DNA from: Bacteroidales bacterium
Lineage (GTDB): Bacteria > Bacteroidota > Bacteroidia > Bacteroidales > UBA932
Length of the DNA: 64,000 nucleotides
Direction: 5' to 3'
Assembly: GCA_017556765.1 (NCBI GenBank)
Contig: JAFYME010000075.1
Coordinates: 3,752 to 67,751 of the forward strand
The position numbers were made by a program, and so were the translations under genes. Shown here piece by piece: positions 20,031 through 30,217 of this stretch (position 1 is the stretch's first letter; each line of letters begins with the position of its first letter). The notes under the pieces are model-generated. The model was not told where the DNA came from, did not search any database, and worked only from the letters and a program-made list of their open reading frames with translations.

Positions 20031-21311
20031 ATGAGAAAAATCAATATGTGCCTTACAGCTGCCTGGGCGGCCGTTTTTGTGTTTATGGCTGTGTCTTGCG
20101 GCGGAGGGAAGGATGTGGAAACCGTGGTGGAAGAGGTCCATGCGGAAGATACCCTTGGCTCCACACTTGGATTCTGCCCGGACTCTCTGCGCATGACCGA
20201 GGGAAAGGTCAAGTCAGGGCAGTTCTTCTCGAATCTTCTCGGAGGGCTTGGCATGAGCCAGCAGGAGGCCTACAATCTTACTGTTGCATGTGATTCTGTC
20301 TTTGACGTGAAGACATTGAGGGTGGGAAATTCATACCGTGCATATTATGACGATGCTGATACGCTTTCTGACGGAGGACGCCTGCGTTATCTCGTGTATG
20401 AGAGAGACCGCTCCAGCAGCATTGTGTTCTCGTGCGAGCCTCCGTACGAAGCATGGGTCTATGAGAAGCCGATCACTATCGAGCGTCGTTATGCTGATGT
20501 GACGATCAATTCGTCGCTTTGGAACGACATGCGTGATGCGGGTGTGTCTCCGCTGCTTATTCTCAGTCTTTCAGATATTTACGCATGGACAATTGATTTC
20601 TTCGGTCTTCAGAAGGGAGACCGTTTCAGGGTGCTTTATGACGAGAGGATGTGCGACGGCGAGGTGCTGGCTGTAGATACTGTCCGCTATGCTGTGTTCT
20701 CCAACGGAGGTAATGACCTGCCGATGATCATGTTCGATCAGAAGGACGGAGGAAACATATGGTGGAACGACAAGGGCGAGAGCATGAGAAAGGCTTTCCT
20801 CAAGGCTCCGCTCCAGTATTCGCGCGTCAGCTCGGGATTCTCATATGCCCGCAAGCATCCGGTGACAAGAAAGGTGCAGCCTCATACCGGAGTCGATTAT
20901 GCCGCTCCGAAGGGAACTCCTGTCATGACCATCGGCGACGGAGTGGTTACCAGCGTCAAGTATGAAGGCGCAGGCGGAAACACAGTCCGAATCAGACACA
21001 ACTCAGTCTATTCTACGGCTTATCTCCATCTCTCGAAGTACGCAAAAGGCCTCAAGGCGGGACAGCGTGTGCGTCAGGGTGAAGTGATCGGATATGTGGG
21101 TTCTACAGGACGTTCGACAGGCCCTCATCTTGACTTCCGCGTATGGAAGAACGGTACTCCGATAAATCCGTTGAAGATGGACTCTCCGCCAGCGGAACCT
21201 CTCAAGGAAGAGAACATGAAGGCATTTGGCGAGACGGCAGAAAAATATCGTGCCCAGATCGATTCGATCCAGGCACGAAAGATTGCGGCAGAACTTTTCG
21301 AACTGCTCTAA
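20031..21311 (+). CDS. M23 family peptidoglycan DD-endopeptidase lipoprotein (MepM-like)
   Basis: Lipobox AVSC; HTGVDY, YLHLS and STGPHLDF zinc-binding motifs. Confidence 0.92.
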   Translation: MRKINMCLTAAWAAVFVFMAVSCGGGKDVETVVEEVHAEDTLGSTLGFCPDSLRMTEGKVKSGQFFSNLLGGLGMSQQEAYNLTVACDSVFDVKTLRVGNSYRAYYDDADTLSDGGRLRYLVYERDRSSSIVFSCEPPYEAWVYEKPITIERRYADVTINSSLWNDMRDAGVSPLLILSLSDIYAWTIDFFGLQKGDRFRVLYDERMCDGEVLAVDTVRYAVFSNGGNDLPMIMFDQKDGGNIWWNDKGESMRKAFLKAPLQYSRVSSGFSYARKHPVTRKVQPHTGVDYAAPKGTPVMTIGDGVVTSVKYEGAGGNTVRIRHNSVYSTAYLHLSKYAKGLKAGQRVRQGEVIGYVGSTGRSTGPHLDFRVWKNGTPINPLKMDSPPAEPLKEENMKAFGETAEKYRAQIDSIQARKIAAELFELL

Positions 21312-21958
21312 GTCAAAGAATCATACACGGATGCGGTGGCGGTATATACTGCTGCCGCATCTGCTATAATGTCTTGAAGTTCAGACAGTCTTGCTGCGTT
21401 GTCGCTCCATGGTATCCACAACTTCAGATAGCCTCCTCGGCCGTATTTCTCTTTCAGATGTCCGATGGCCCGTTTGATATGTCCCTCGCGGTCAAGGTCG
21501 GGATAATTGTTGAGTCCGAACTGTATTGTCCTGCGGATTATGGTCTCTCCGTCGATGACTCTGTCGGCCTCGGCTACCAACATTCCGTATATGCTCCTTG
21601 GTGCCGATTTCCCTGATGCGCGGTGGTCTTCCGCAGCCTGAGCTATAGTTTCGATCTGTTCTTCAGAGAACCATTCCTTCAGCTTATGGTTGCTGCGGAT
21701 GATAGTTCCTGAATCGAGATGATGCCTTTCTCTGCCGTTTGCAAGGCCCAGGTCATGGCAGGCAGCCGCGACAAAGAGCATCTCGCGGTCTACCTCGGCA
21801 TATCCTTCAGGCATCCTGTCGAGAAGCTTCATGGCCTGTGATATCACTGTAAGTGCGTGATCTTCACGATGGGCTGAATCGAATCCCTTGTATAAAGGAA
21901 CAATGACATCGAAGACATATGCTTCGATGTCATTTCTTATATCTGTATATTGTCCCAT
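21308..21958 (-). CDS. HD-domain phosphohydrolase
   Basis: AHREDHA, ACHDLG, RHH, EDHRAS and EADR motifs; start at 21958 assumed, to avoid overlap with glpF. Confidence 0.85.
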   Translation of the reverse strand: MGQYTDIRNDIEAYVFDVIVPLYKGFDSAHREDHALTVISQAMKLLDRMPEGYAEVDREMLFVAAACHDLGLANGRERHHLDSGTIIRSNHKLKEWFSEEQIETIAQAAEDHRASGKSAPRSIYGMLVAEADRVIDGETIIRRTIQFGLNNYPDLDREGHIKRAIGHLKEKYGRGGYLKLWIPWSDNAARLSELQDIIADAAAVYTATASVYDSLT

Positions 21959-21962
21959 CAGC

Positions 21963-22715
21963 TTAGTAGATAAGCACATATGTAAGCGCTGCGAGAGCTG
22001 CTCCGACGATAGGGCCTACTACCGGCACCCAGCTGTATCCCCAGCCGCTGTCACGCTTTCCCTTGATAGGGAGGATAGCGTGTGCAAGACGAGGCGCAAG
22101 GTCACGGGCAGGATTTATCGCGTAGCCTGTGGCTCCACCGAGAGACATACCGATCGCCATGATGAGGAATGTCACAGGAAGCGCTCCGAGCTCTCCCATA
22201 CCGATGTGGAGATGCTGTCCTTCCGGATCAAGATGAACTGCATTCGCGTCTACTCCGAAAACGAGGATGACGAACACGAGAAGCCATGTCGCGACGATCT
22301 CGCAGAAAAGGTTGCGTAACTTATGACCTTCGATTGCTGGCATAGTGCAGAATGTGCCGAGCTTTGTGTCGCCGTCTTCAGTGGCATCATAATGATCTTT
22401 GTAGAACATCCATACCAAGGTGGCTCCAACGAAGCCTCCGAGCATCTGGGCGATCACGTATCCCGGCACTGCAGCCCAGTCCATTGTGCCTGCAAGGGCA
22501 CATCCGAGGCTGACTGCCGGATTCAGATGGGCTCCTGAAACAGAACCTGCGATGAATACTCCGACCATTACGGCGAAGCCCCATCCCATTGCCACGACTA
22601 CCCAGCCTGCTCCTTTGGCCTTGCTCTTTTCCAGACTTGTTGCAGCGCATACGCCGCCTCCGAGAAGTATCAGCACCATTGTGCCGATGAATTCGAATAA
22701 GTATTTTTCAAACAT
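21963..22715 (-). CDS. glpF: Glycerol uptake facilitator (MIP family aquaglyceroporin)
   Basis: SGAHLNPAVS and AINPARD NPA motifs; downstream of glpK. Confidence 0.93.
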   Translation of the reverse strand: MFEKYLFEFIGTMVLILLGGGVCAATSLEKSKAKGAGWVVVAMGWGFAVMVGVFIAGSVSGAHLNPAVSLGCALAGTMDWAAVPGYVIAQMLGGFVGATLVWMFYKDHYDATEDGDTKLGTFCTMPAIEGHKLRNLFCEIVATWLLVFVILVFGVDANAVHLDPEGQHLHIGMGELGALPVTFLIMAIGMSLGGATGYAINPARDLAPRLAHAILPIKGKRDSGWGYSWVPVVGPIVGAALAALTYVLIY

Positions 22716-22729
22716 TTTCAGTTGGTTTT

Positions 22730-22756
22730 AGATCCCTCGACAAGCTCGGGATGACG
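22730..22756 (-). repeat. CGTC-type REP palindrome
   Basis: Minus strand reads CGTCATCCCGAGCTTGTCGAGGGATCT; related copies at about 60452 and 63085-63145. Confidence 0.75.
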
Positions 22757-22770
22757 GTTATAAAAGGATG

Positions 22771-24258
22771 CTATTTTCCGGAAAGCGTACGTTTGATCGC
22801 ATCTACCCAACCGGCCTTGAGCTCTTCGACCCTTTCCTGTGGCGCAAGAGGTCTGAACGCTGTATCGGCGCCCCACTGGCTCTTGATGTGGTCGATGCTT
22901 TCCCAGTATCCTACAGCCAGACCGGCGAGATAAGCCGCTCCGAGAGCAGTCGTCTCTGTTACGGTCGGTCTGATTACAGAAGTACCGAGAATGTCTGCCT
23001 GGAACTGCATGAGGAGGTTGTTGCGTGACGCTCCTCCGTCTACCTTGAGCTCCTTGAGGGTGACTCCTGCGTCTTTCTGCATCGCATTCACGATGTCCAT
23101 TGTCTGGAACGCGATTCCTTCAAGGGCTGCACGTGCGATGTGGGCGGCGGTCGTTCCTCTGCTGAGGCCATAGATGCATCCCTTCGCGTACTGATCCCAG
23201 TGCGGTGCTCCCAGTCCTGTGAGCGCCGGTACGAAATATACTCCTCCGTTGTCCTCTACGCTGCATGCGAGAGCCTCTATTTCAGACGAGGACTTGATGA
23301 TTCCGAGACCGTCACGAAGCCATTGTACTACGGAACCTGCCACGAAGATACTGCCCTCAAGGGCGTAATTCACCTTGTCCCCGATCTTCCATGCGATAGT
23401 TGTAAGGAGATTGTTCGACGACATGATAGGCCTTTCGCCGCTGTTCATGAGCATGAAGCATCCGGTTCCATATGTGTTCTTTACCGATCCAGGCTCTGTA
23501 CACATCTGTCCGAAAAGGGCAGCCTGCTGGTCTCCGGCGATACCTGCGATAGGGACTTCATGGGCAAAGAGAGTCGTCTTCGTATATCCGTATACTTCGC
23601 TTGACGACTTCACCTGAGGCATCATGGACTCCGGAATGTCGAAAAGCTGGAGGAGCTCCTTGTCCCACTCGAGAGTGTGGATGTTGAAGAGCATTGTCCT
23701 CGATGCATTGCTGACATCGGTTACATGAACCTCACCGCGGGTGAGCATCCATATGAGCCATGTGTCTACAGTTCCGAAGCGGAGCTTGCCTTCGTCGGCC
23801 TTCTGGCGTGCTCCAGGCACGTTTTCGAGGATCCAGAGGATCTTTGTTGCGCTGAAATATGCGTCAATGATGAGGCCGGTCTTGCTTCTGATTAGGTCTG
23901 TCCGGCCGTCTCTCTTGAGGCCGTCGCAGAATTCTGAAGTCCTTCGGTCCTGCCATACTATGGCGTTGTATACAGGCTCTCCTGTCTCTGCGTCCCATAC
24001 GATTGTGGTCTCACGCTGGTTCGTGATGCCGATCGCCGCGATGTTGAGGCCATTGATGTCTATGGATGTTATGGCCTCGGCGATCACTGACGCCTGTGAC
24101 GACCATATTTCCATAGGGTTGTGCTCCACCCAGCCCGGTTTCGGGAATATCTGTGTGAATTCCTTCTGTGATACGGCCTTTGTCTGGCCGTGCTCGTCAA
24201 AGACGATTGCCCTCGAACTGCTGGTGCCTTGGTCGAGGGCGAGAATGTACTTCTCCAT
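22771..24258 (-). CDS. glpK: Glycerol kinase
   Basis: [43 protein letters not shown] and VDGG motifs. Confidence 0.98.
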   Translation of the reverse strand: MEKYILALDQGTSSSRAIVFDEHGQTKAVSQKEFTQIFPKPGWVEHNPMEIWSSQASVIAEAITSIDINGLNIAAIGITNQRETTIVWDAETGEPVYNAIVWQDRRTSEFCDGLKRDGRTDLIRSKTGLIIDAYFSATKILWILENVPGARQKADEGKLRFGTVDTWLIWMLTRGEVHVTDVSNASRTMLFNIHTLEWDKELLQLFDIPESMMPQVKSSSEVYGYTKTTLFAHEVPIAGIAGDQQAALFGQMCTEPGSVKNTYGTGCFMLMNSGERPIMSSNNLLTTIAWKIGDKVNYALEGSIFVAGSVVQWLRDGLGIIKSSSEIEALACSVEDNGGVYFVPALTGLGAPHWDQYAKGCIYGLSRGTTAAHIARAALEGIAFQTMDIVNAMQKDAGVTLKELKVDGGASRNNLLMQFQADILGTSVIRPTVTETTALGAAYLAGLAVGYWESIDHIKSQWGADTAFRPLAPQERVEELKAGWVDAIKRTLSGK

Positions 24259-24271
24259 GATTATGTGGTTA

Positions 24272-25627
24272 TTAGTCGATTCTTTCGCAGATCAGGGTAG
24301 CGGAGGTCACGGATACCACCTTCACTGTGCAGTAGTCTCCGGCCTTTTCTCCGCGTGACGGGAAGACGCACATCTTGTTGCTGCTTGCCCTTCCGCAGAG
24401 CTCCTCCTGATTCTTCTTCGACGGTCCTTCGACAAGAACCTTCAATGTCTTTCCGATCTCTTTTTCATTGCTCTTGAGGCTCATTCTTCCCTGAAGTGCA
24501 ATGATTTCGTTAAGTCTTTGTGTCTTAAGCTCGTACGGGATGTCGTCCGGATACTTGCGCGATGCGAGTGTGCCCGGGCGCTCGGAGTATGCGAACATGA
24601 ATGCAGAGTCGAATACGACCTCTTCCATGAGCGTGAGAGTGTCCTTGTGGTCCTGCTCTGTCTCGCCGCAGAAGCCGGCTATGACGTCTGTCGTGATGCC
24701 GCAGTCAGGGATGACGCTGCGGATCTTGCGTACCCTATCCAGATACCATTCGCGGTCGTACTTGCGCCTCATCTTCTCAAGCATGATGCTGCTACCCGAC
24801 TGTACAGGGAGGTGGATATGCTTGCAGATGTTCTCGTACATCGCCATTGTGTAGATCACCTCGTCGCTGATGTCCTTAGGGTGTGAGGTCGAGAACCTTA
24901 CGCGCATATCAGGGCTGATCTTCGCAACCATTTCAAGAAGCTGGGCGAAGTTTACGTTCCTGTCCGCCTTTTCCTTATCCTTCCAGTAATATGAGTCTAC
25001 ATTCTGTCCCAGAAGGGTGATCTCCTTGTAGCCGTTTTCGTAGAGCTCCTGAGCTTCGCGTACGATAGTGTATGGGTCGCGGCTTCTTTCCGCTCCTCTT
25101 GTGTATGGTACGACGCAGTATGAACATACGTTGTTGCAGCCGCGCATGATCGAGATGAATGCCGAAACTCCGTTTCTGTCGAGTCTGACCGGAGATATCT
25201 CTGCATAGGTCTCTTCGTGCGAGAGGAGCACGTTTATCTGCGGCTTGTCCGGCGCTATCGCCTTGAGTAGGTCCGGAAGGCTCCTGTATGAATCGGGACC
25301 TGCAACCAGGTCGACCGCCTCAAGGAGCTTGTCCTTGAGTCTTTCGGCCATACATCCGACGATGCCGATGATGACTCCGTCTCTTTTTCTCTTCTGGAGC
25401 TTGAACTGGTCGATTCTGCCCCAGATCCTCTGCTCCGCATTGTCGCGGATCGAGCATGTGTTCGCAAGAATGACGCTTGCCTGCTCGATGTCCTCAGTGA
25501 GGGCGTAGCCTGCGTCCTGCAATATTGAAAGGATGACCTCGCTGTCGTTTACATTCATCTGGCAGCCGTAGGTCTCTATGTATACCTTCGGTCTTGAAGG
25601 GTCTGTGATCGGTCTTATGTTACGCAT
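24272..25627 (-). CDS. miaB: tRNA-2-methylthio-N6-dimethylallyladenosine synthase
   Basis: TYGCQMN, NTCSIR, radical-SAM [16 protein letters not shown] and C-terminal TRAM domain. Confidence 0.96.
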   Translation of the reverse strand: MRNIRPITDPSRPKVYIETYGCQMNVNDSEVILSILQDAGYALTEDIEQASVILANTCSIRDNAEQRIWGRIDQFKLQKRKRDGVIIGIVGCMAERLKDKLLEAVDLVAGPDSYRSLPDLLKAIAPDKPQINVLLSHEETYAEISPVRLDRNGVSAFISIMRGCNNVCSYCVVPYTRGAERSRDPYTIVREAQELYENGYKEITLLGQNVDSYYWKDKEKADRNVNFAQLLEMVAKISPDMRVRFSTSHPKDISDEVIYTMAMYENICKHIHLPVQSGSSIMLEKMRRKYDREWYLDRVRKIRSVIPDCGITTDVIAGFCGETEQDHKDTLTLMEEVVFDSAFMFAYSERPGTLASRKYPDDIPYELKTQRLNEIIALQGRMSLKSNEKEIGKTLKVLVEGPSKKNQEELCGRASSNKMCVFPSRGEKAGDYCTVKVVSVTSATLICERID

Positions 25628-25654
25628 ATATGTCTATATATTGTCAGTAGGATA

Positions 25655-25691
25655 CAAAGATAGGATTTTTCGACGAATATAGTTATCTTTG
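25655..25691. promoter_or_regulatory. Divergent -7 promoter boxes (miaB and the lipoprotein-SPOR-rpoN genes)
   Basis: TATCTTTG on the minus strand (25655-25662) and on the plus strand (25684-25691). Confidence 0.65.
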
Positions 25692-25713
25692 CAAGGATGT
25701 AATGTTGACAGAT

Positions 25714-26202
25714 ATGAAAATTATGGGAGTTAAAAGATACGTTATTCTTCTTTTTGCGGTCGTTTTCTGCCTTTCCGGCTGCGCTGACCTCAAGAAGATC
25801 AAGGAGATAGAGGCGGACAACTTCAGGGTGGAGGCTGTTTCTCCGAACGGCTTGAGAGGACTGACTGTAAACTTCGTGGTGGAAGTCGACAATCCTGCTT
25901 CACAGCTCTCTTTTTCGGATGTTACCGGAACGCTCGAACGTTCTGGCAAGGTTCTTGGTAGGGTGGAGGTCGATCCTTTTACGTTACAGGGTAAAAAGGT
26001 CGACAAGTACCATCTGAAAGCTGATGTCACTCTAGGTGAAGGAGCCAGCATCCTCGAACTTGGAAAACTGATAGACAAGAACGCGCTCAATGAGAGCACG
26101 GTCGATATAAATGCCAAGGTGAAGATCAGAAACGGAGCTCCGAAGAAAGTGAAGCTCAATGATGTGCCTTTGAAAGAACTTTTGAATACTGTAAAGAAAT
26201 GA
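25714..26202 (+). CDS. Lipoprotein, LEA_2/WHy-like fold
   Basis: Lipobox LSGC; VEVDNP motif and beta-rich pattern; start codon uncertain. Confidence 0.65.
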   Translation: MKIMGVKRYVILLFAVVFCLSGCADLKKIKEIEADNFRVEAVSPNGLRGLTVNFVVEVDNPASQLSFSDVTGTLERSGKVLGRVEVDPFTLQGKKVDKYHLKADVTLGEGASILELGKLIDKNALNESTVDINAKVKIRNGAPKKVKLNDVPLKELLNTVKK

Positions 26203-26774
26203 GAAGTACAAGAATCCTCGCAATAATTATCATCACAGCGGTTTCTGCATGTTTTTCAAGATCGGCTTCTGCCCAGCAGGTGGAGGTTCCGGAAGGTTAT
26301 GAACTGGTGGACTCTGTCATATACAGACCTGTCGCTACAGCCGATTCGACGCTTGTGGGCAAGAACATATTCAATGTGCTGCCTGATAATGTGAATGTGC
26401 GTCAGTCTCAGCAGATAGCGAACTCGATGAAAAGTCATGTGGCATCAAATGGGGCCAGGACTATTTCCGGATACCGCGTCCGTATCTTCTTTGACAACAA
26501 GCAGAATGCCCGTACAGAGTCGGAAGCTGTCCTGAAACGATTCAATGGACTGTATCCTGATGTGATGGCATATCGAATCTATGCAAATCCTTATTTCAAG
26601 GTGACTGTGGGCGATTTCAGGACAAAGTCTGAGGCTATGGCCCTGCTCGCGCGCATCAAGGGGGCGTTCCCGAGCGCATTTGTCGTTAAGGAAAACATAG
26701 AGTTTCCTGTGGTGGATAAGGATAATGCGGTTATCGCAGATACCATAAAGGTCATGAGACCGGTCAGAAAGTAG
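26199..26774 (+). CDS. SPOR-domain peptidoglycan-binding protein
   Basis: Signal peptide; GYRVRIF, PYFKVTVGDFRTKSEA and FPSAFVV motifs. Confidence 0.88.
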   Translation: MRSTRILAIIIITAVSACFSRSASAQQVEVPEGYELVDSVIYRPVATADSTLVGKNIFNVLPDNVNVRQSQQIANSMKSHVASNGARTISGYRVRIFFDNKQNARTESEAVLKRFNGLYPDVMAYRIYANPYFKVTVGDFRTKSEAMALLARIKGAFPSAFVVKENIEFPVVDKDNAVIADTIKVMRPVRK

Positions 26775-26797
26775 GTTAGTAAACAGTTAGTAGCAGT

Positions 26798-28207
26798 ATG
26801 CTGAAACAGGGACTTGAATTAAAGCAGACCCAGAAGCTTTCCCCTCTGCAGATCCAGACGATCAAGTTGATCGAACTGCCGGTGCAGGAGCTTGAGCAGA
26901 GAATCCGTAAGGAACTTGAAGAGAATCCGGTTCTGGATGAGGATGTCTCCAGCAGTAAAGATGAAGATGAGGCTCCAAGAGAAGTCTCTCTGTCAGAATA
27001 TAAGGAGGATGACTCTATACCGAGCTATCGCCTCAGGTCGGATAATTATTCTAAGGATGAACGTCCTCAGTACAATACTTTTTCGGTGAAGGAGAGCTTC
27101 ACCCAGAGTCTTCAGGAACAGCTCGGATATAGGAATCTTACTGAACATCAGTATGCCGTGGCTTCGTTCCTTATCGGCAGCCTTGATGATGACGGTTATC
27201 TTCGCAGAAGCATAGACAGTGTCGTGGATGATCTTTCGTTCAGGGCGAATGTCGAGACTACTGAAGAAGAAGTGCTGGAGATGCTCAAGGTCATTCAGGA
27301 GTTCGAGCCTGCAGGCGTGGGAGCGAGAGACCTTCGCGAATGTCTCCTGCTTCAGATCAGGCTTTGCAAGAAGACTCCGGCTGTGGAGAATGCCATAAAG
27401 ATTTTGAAGAATCATTTCAATGAGTTCACCAGCAAGCATTTCCAGAAGATCATGACCCGTATGGACATCACTGAGGAGGAACTCAAGGAGGCTATGGCAA
27501 AGATCCTCAAGCTGAATCCGTCACCGGGAGGCCAGATTGATGACTCTTATACTGATCAGGCCCAGCAGATCGTTCCGGATTTCCTTCTGGAGTATCGTGA
27601 CGGCGAGCTTAAGCTTTCGATGCCGCGTTTCTCGGTGCCTGAACTGAAGGTGAACAGGAAGTATGCCGACATACTTATCGAGGCGGCGAATTCGTCGGAA
27701 AGGGAGAAGAAGGAAGCTGCGGCTTTCGTAAAGAAGAAGCTCGATTCTGCAAAGTGGTTTGTCGAGGCCATAAAGCAGCGCCACAATACATTGTCAAGCA
27801 CCATGCAGGCCATTGTCGATTATCAGCGAGAGTATTTCATCGATGGCGATGAAACAAACCTCAAGCCTATGGTGCTCAAGGACATAGCTGAAAAGACAGG
27901 CTTCGATATCTCGACTATCTCACGTGTGGTGAACAGCAAATATATCGAGACCCATTTCGGTATCTATTCGCTCAAGTATTTCTTCTCGGAAGGTCTTGAG
28001 AATCAGGATGGTGAAGAGGTTTCGACCCGTGAGCTGAAGAAGGCCCTTCAGGAGTGCGTCGACAATGAGAACAAGCGCAAGCCTCTTACCGACGACGAGC
28101 TTGTCGAGAAGATGACTGAGAAGGGCTATAAGGTCGCACGTCGAACCATAGCCAAGTATCGTGATCAGCTGGGTATCCCGAAGGCAAGACTGAGAAAGGA
28201 ACTTTAG
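26798..28207 (+). CDS. rpoN: RNA polymerase sigma-54 factor
   Basis: Q/L-rich N-terminus, PAGVGARDLRECL, STISRV and RpoN box VARRTIAKYR. Confidence 0.97.
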   Translation: MLKQGLELKQTQKLSPLQIQTIKLIELPVQELEQRIRKELEENPVLDEDVSSSKDEDEAPREVSLSEYKEDDSIPSYRLRSDNYSKDERPQYNTFSVKESFTQSLQEQLGYRNLTEHQYAVASFLIGSLDDDGYLRRSIDSVVDDLSFRANVETTEEEVLEMLKVIQEFEPAGVGARDLRECLLLQIRLCKKTPAVENAIKILKNHFNEFTSKHFQKIMTRMDITEEELKEAMAKILKLNPSPGGQIDDSYTDQAQQIVPDFLLEYRDGELKLSMPRFSVPELKVNRKYADILIEAANSSEREKKEAAAFVKKKLDSAKWFVEAIKQRHNTLSSTMQAIVDYQREYFIDGDETNLKPMVLKDIAEKTGFDISTISRVVNSKYIETHFGIYSLKYFFSEGLENQDGEEVSTRELKKALQECVDNENKRKPLTDDELVEKMTEKGYKVARRTIAKYRDQLGIPKARLRKEL

Positions 28208-28212
28208 TTGAA

Positions 28213-28325
28213 CATATAAATCCGACTGCTGTTTCTGATGACCCCCGCCACTACTCCTTACGGAGCTGTGGCACCCCCTAGCCGAGGGTGGCATGTCATC
28301 TGAAACAGCAGTCGGATTTTATATG
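28213..28325. repeat. Palindromic element, copy B, between convergent rpoN and upp
   Basis: Arms of about 30 bp, CATATAAATCCGACTGCTGTTTCTGATGAC and GTCATCTGAAACAGCAGTCGGATTTTATATG, enclosing two hairpins. Confidence 0.85.
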
Positions 28326-28359
28326 GACCTGGATGATCCTATAGAATGTCTGTGGTTTG

Positions 28360-29013
28360 TCATTTCTTCTCACCGTATGCGAGGTCGCCGGCGTCGCCCA
28401 GGCCCGGAACGATGTATGAATGGCTTGTGAGCTCTTCATCAATCGCTGCCACCCAGAGAGTTATGCCTTCTTCCGGGAGGTGTTTCTGGAGATACTCTAC
28501 GGCATATGCGCTTGAGATAGGGCATACCAGATGCGTGTGAGCCGGCTGTCCCTCGTCGCAGAGACGCTTGTATGCAATCTCAAGAGATGCTCCTGTTGCA
28601 AGCATTGTGTCTGCGAGGATAAGGGTCTTTCCTGTCAGGTCCGGAGTGCTGCAGTACTCGATGTTGATATGGAAGTCCTCTCCTTTGTCGTACTTTCTGT
28701 ATGCCGCTACGAATGCGTTCTGAGCGTCGTCGAAGTAGTTCAGGATACCCTGATGGAGAGGAAGCCCAGCGCGGAGAATTGTGGCTACGACGATCTTGTC
28801 GTCCGGAGTCTGGATGTTTGCTATGCCCAGAGGGGTCACGTATTCCTTATGACTGTATTCCAGATGCTGGCTGATCTCATAAGCGAAGATCTCTCCGAGC
28901 CTTTCAAGGTTTCTGCGGAAACGCTGGCTGTCCTTCTGGACTCCCTTGTCGCGCATCTGTGCGACGAATTTGTTGAGAATGGAATTCTTCTCACCGAGGT
29001 TGATGACTTTCAT
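28360..29013 (-). CDS. upp: Uracil phosphoribosyltransferase
   Basis: FRRNLERLG, ILRAGL, DTMLATGAS and YIVPGLGDAGD motifs; start moved to ATG 29013, downstream of TAAATTTG (29038-29045). Confidence 0.96.
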   Translation of the reverse strand: MKVINLGEKNSILNKFVAQMRDKGVQKDSQRFRRNLERLGEIFAYEISQHLEYSHKEYVTPLGIANIQTPDDKIVVATILRAGLPLHQGILNYFDDAQNAFVAAYRKYDKGEDFHINIEYCSTPDLTGKTLILADTMLATGASLEIAYKRLCDEGQPAHTHLVCPISSAYAVEYLQKHLPEEGITLWVAAIDEELTSHSYIVPGLGDAGDLAYGEKK

Positions 29014-29072
29014 ATCCTTTTGCTTTGGTACGAAACACAAATTTATCTTTATTTATGGAAATAGCAAAATTT

Positions 29073-29759
29073 TCAGCATTTGACCACTTCTTCGTCTGCA
29101 AAGCTGTAGTAGCTGTCCTCTGCGATGATTACATGGTCAATCAGGGATATGCCGCATGTCTTCAGGGTCATTTCAAGCTGCTTGGTCGCGTTGATGTCCG
29201 CTGTCCCGGGGATGGCGCTTCCGGAAGGGTGGTTGTGGGTTATGACTATGCCGCTGGCTCTTTTCTCGAGAGCTTTGATTGCTATGGCCCTGCTGTCAAG
29301 GGTTGTCGAATCGATGCCTCCGCTGCTGATCTTCTCTCTGGCTATCATGTAGTTGGCCCTGTTGAGGTACAGCACCCAGCATTCCTCGTGGTCAAGCCCG
29401 CGCATGATCGGCAGCATGGCCCGGAATACAATCTTAGGCGAAGAAATTGCCGTGCGTGATTCTACTATCGGCTCGCTTGCGGCCCTCCTTCCCAGTTCGA
29501 AAGCCGCTGCCAGCGTCACCGCCTTGCCCGGTCCGATCCCTTCGATCTCGCAAAGCCTTTCCAGGGCCATGTCTGCAACCCCGTTCAGCTTTCCGCCCGC
29601 GCTCTTCAGCAGCTCCCTCGCCACATCGATCACATTCATCTTCCCTGTCCCCGTCCGCAGCAGAATCGCCAGCAGTTCGGCATTGCTGAGGGAATCCGCT
29701 CCTTTCTGCATCATCTTCTCCCTCGGCCTCTCATCCATGCAAAGTTCCTTTATCTTCAT
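29073..29759 (-). CDS. radC: RadC family JAB-domain protein
   Basis: RPREK, ELLAILLRTG, HhH motif GIGPGKA, HNHPSG and DHVII. Confidence 0.95.
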   Translation of the reverse strand: MKIKELCMDERPREKMMQKGADSLSNAELLAILLRTGTGKMNVIDVARELLKSAGGKLNGVADMALERLCEIEGIGPGKAVTLAAAFELGRRAASEPIVESRTAISSPKIVFRAMLPIMRGLDHEECWVLYLNRANYMIAREKISSGGIDSTTLDSRAIAIKALEKRASGIVITHNHPSGSAIPGTADINATKQLEMTLKTCGISLIDHVIIAEDSYYSFADEEVVKC

Positions 29760-29930
29760 GACTTTTTTGCAGGCAAATCTATCAGCCTTGGCTGGCTTCA
29801 GGAAAAAATAGTGACGAAAACCGGTAAAGTTTTTCTTTTTCTGAAAGGTTTTGAACTTTTTTGAAAGAAATCAAGGCGAACTCAGCCCAATTGATAAGGC
29901 TTCATGCTTCTGAAAGCCCACTGAAAACAA

Positions 29931-29958
29931 AAAAGAGACCGACGAATCGGTCTCTTTT
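29931..29958 (-). terminator. Rho-independent terminator after tRNA-His
   Basis: AAAAGAGACCGA-cgaa-TCGGTCTCTTTT with a T-run on the minus strand. Confidence 0.85.
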
Positions 29959-29959
29959 G

Positions 29960-30034
29960 GGTGCCCAGTGGGATTCGAACCCACGACATTCAGAACCACA
30001 ATCTGACGCTCTAACCAACTGAACTATGGGCACC
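29960..30034 (-). tRNA. tRNA-His (GTG)
   Basis: Minus strand reads G-1 GTGCCCA TAGTTCAGTTGGTTAGAGC, anticodon arm TCAGA-TTGTGGT-TCTGA, GTGGGTTCGAATCCCAC TGGGCAC C73; CCA not fully encoded; TATCTTTG promoter box at 30052-30059. Confidence 0.96.
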
Positions 30035-30217
30035 ATGTTGAATTAGGACTGCAAAGATACGTATATTTTTGAATAATGCAATAATGTGATGTGAGTTTTT
30101 TGACGCTTATATATGATTTTTTACCACATTAAGTAAAATTATGCAACTTAGGTAGGCAAATGAGAGGGGATGAATAAAACTTTTCATAAATTTGTAAGCA
30201 TTGAAAATGAAACCGAT

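Noticed and set aside
29760-30034. Integrated element at tRNA-His, with radC as cargo
   Set aside because: No integrase or duplicated tRNA 3' end was seen, and RadC is the full-length chromosomal type with an HhH motif.
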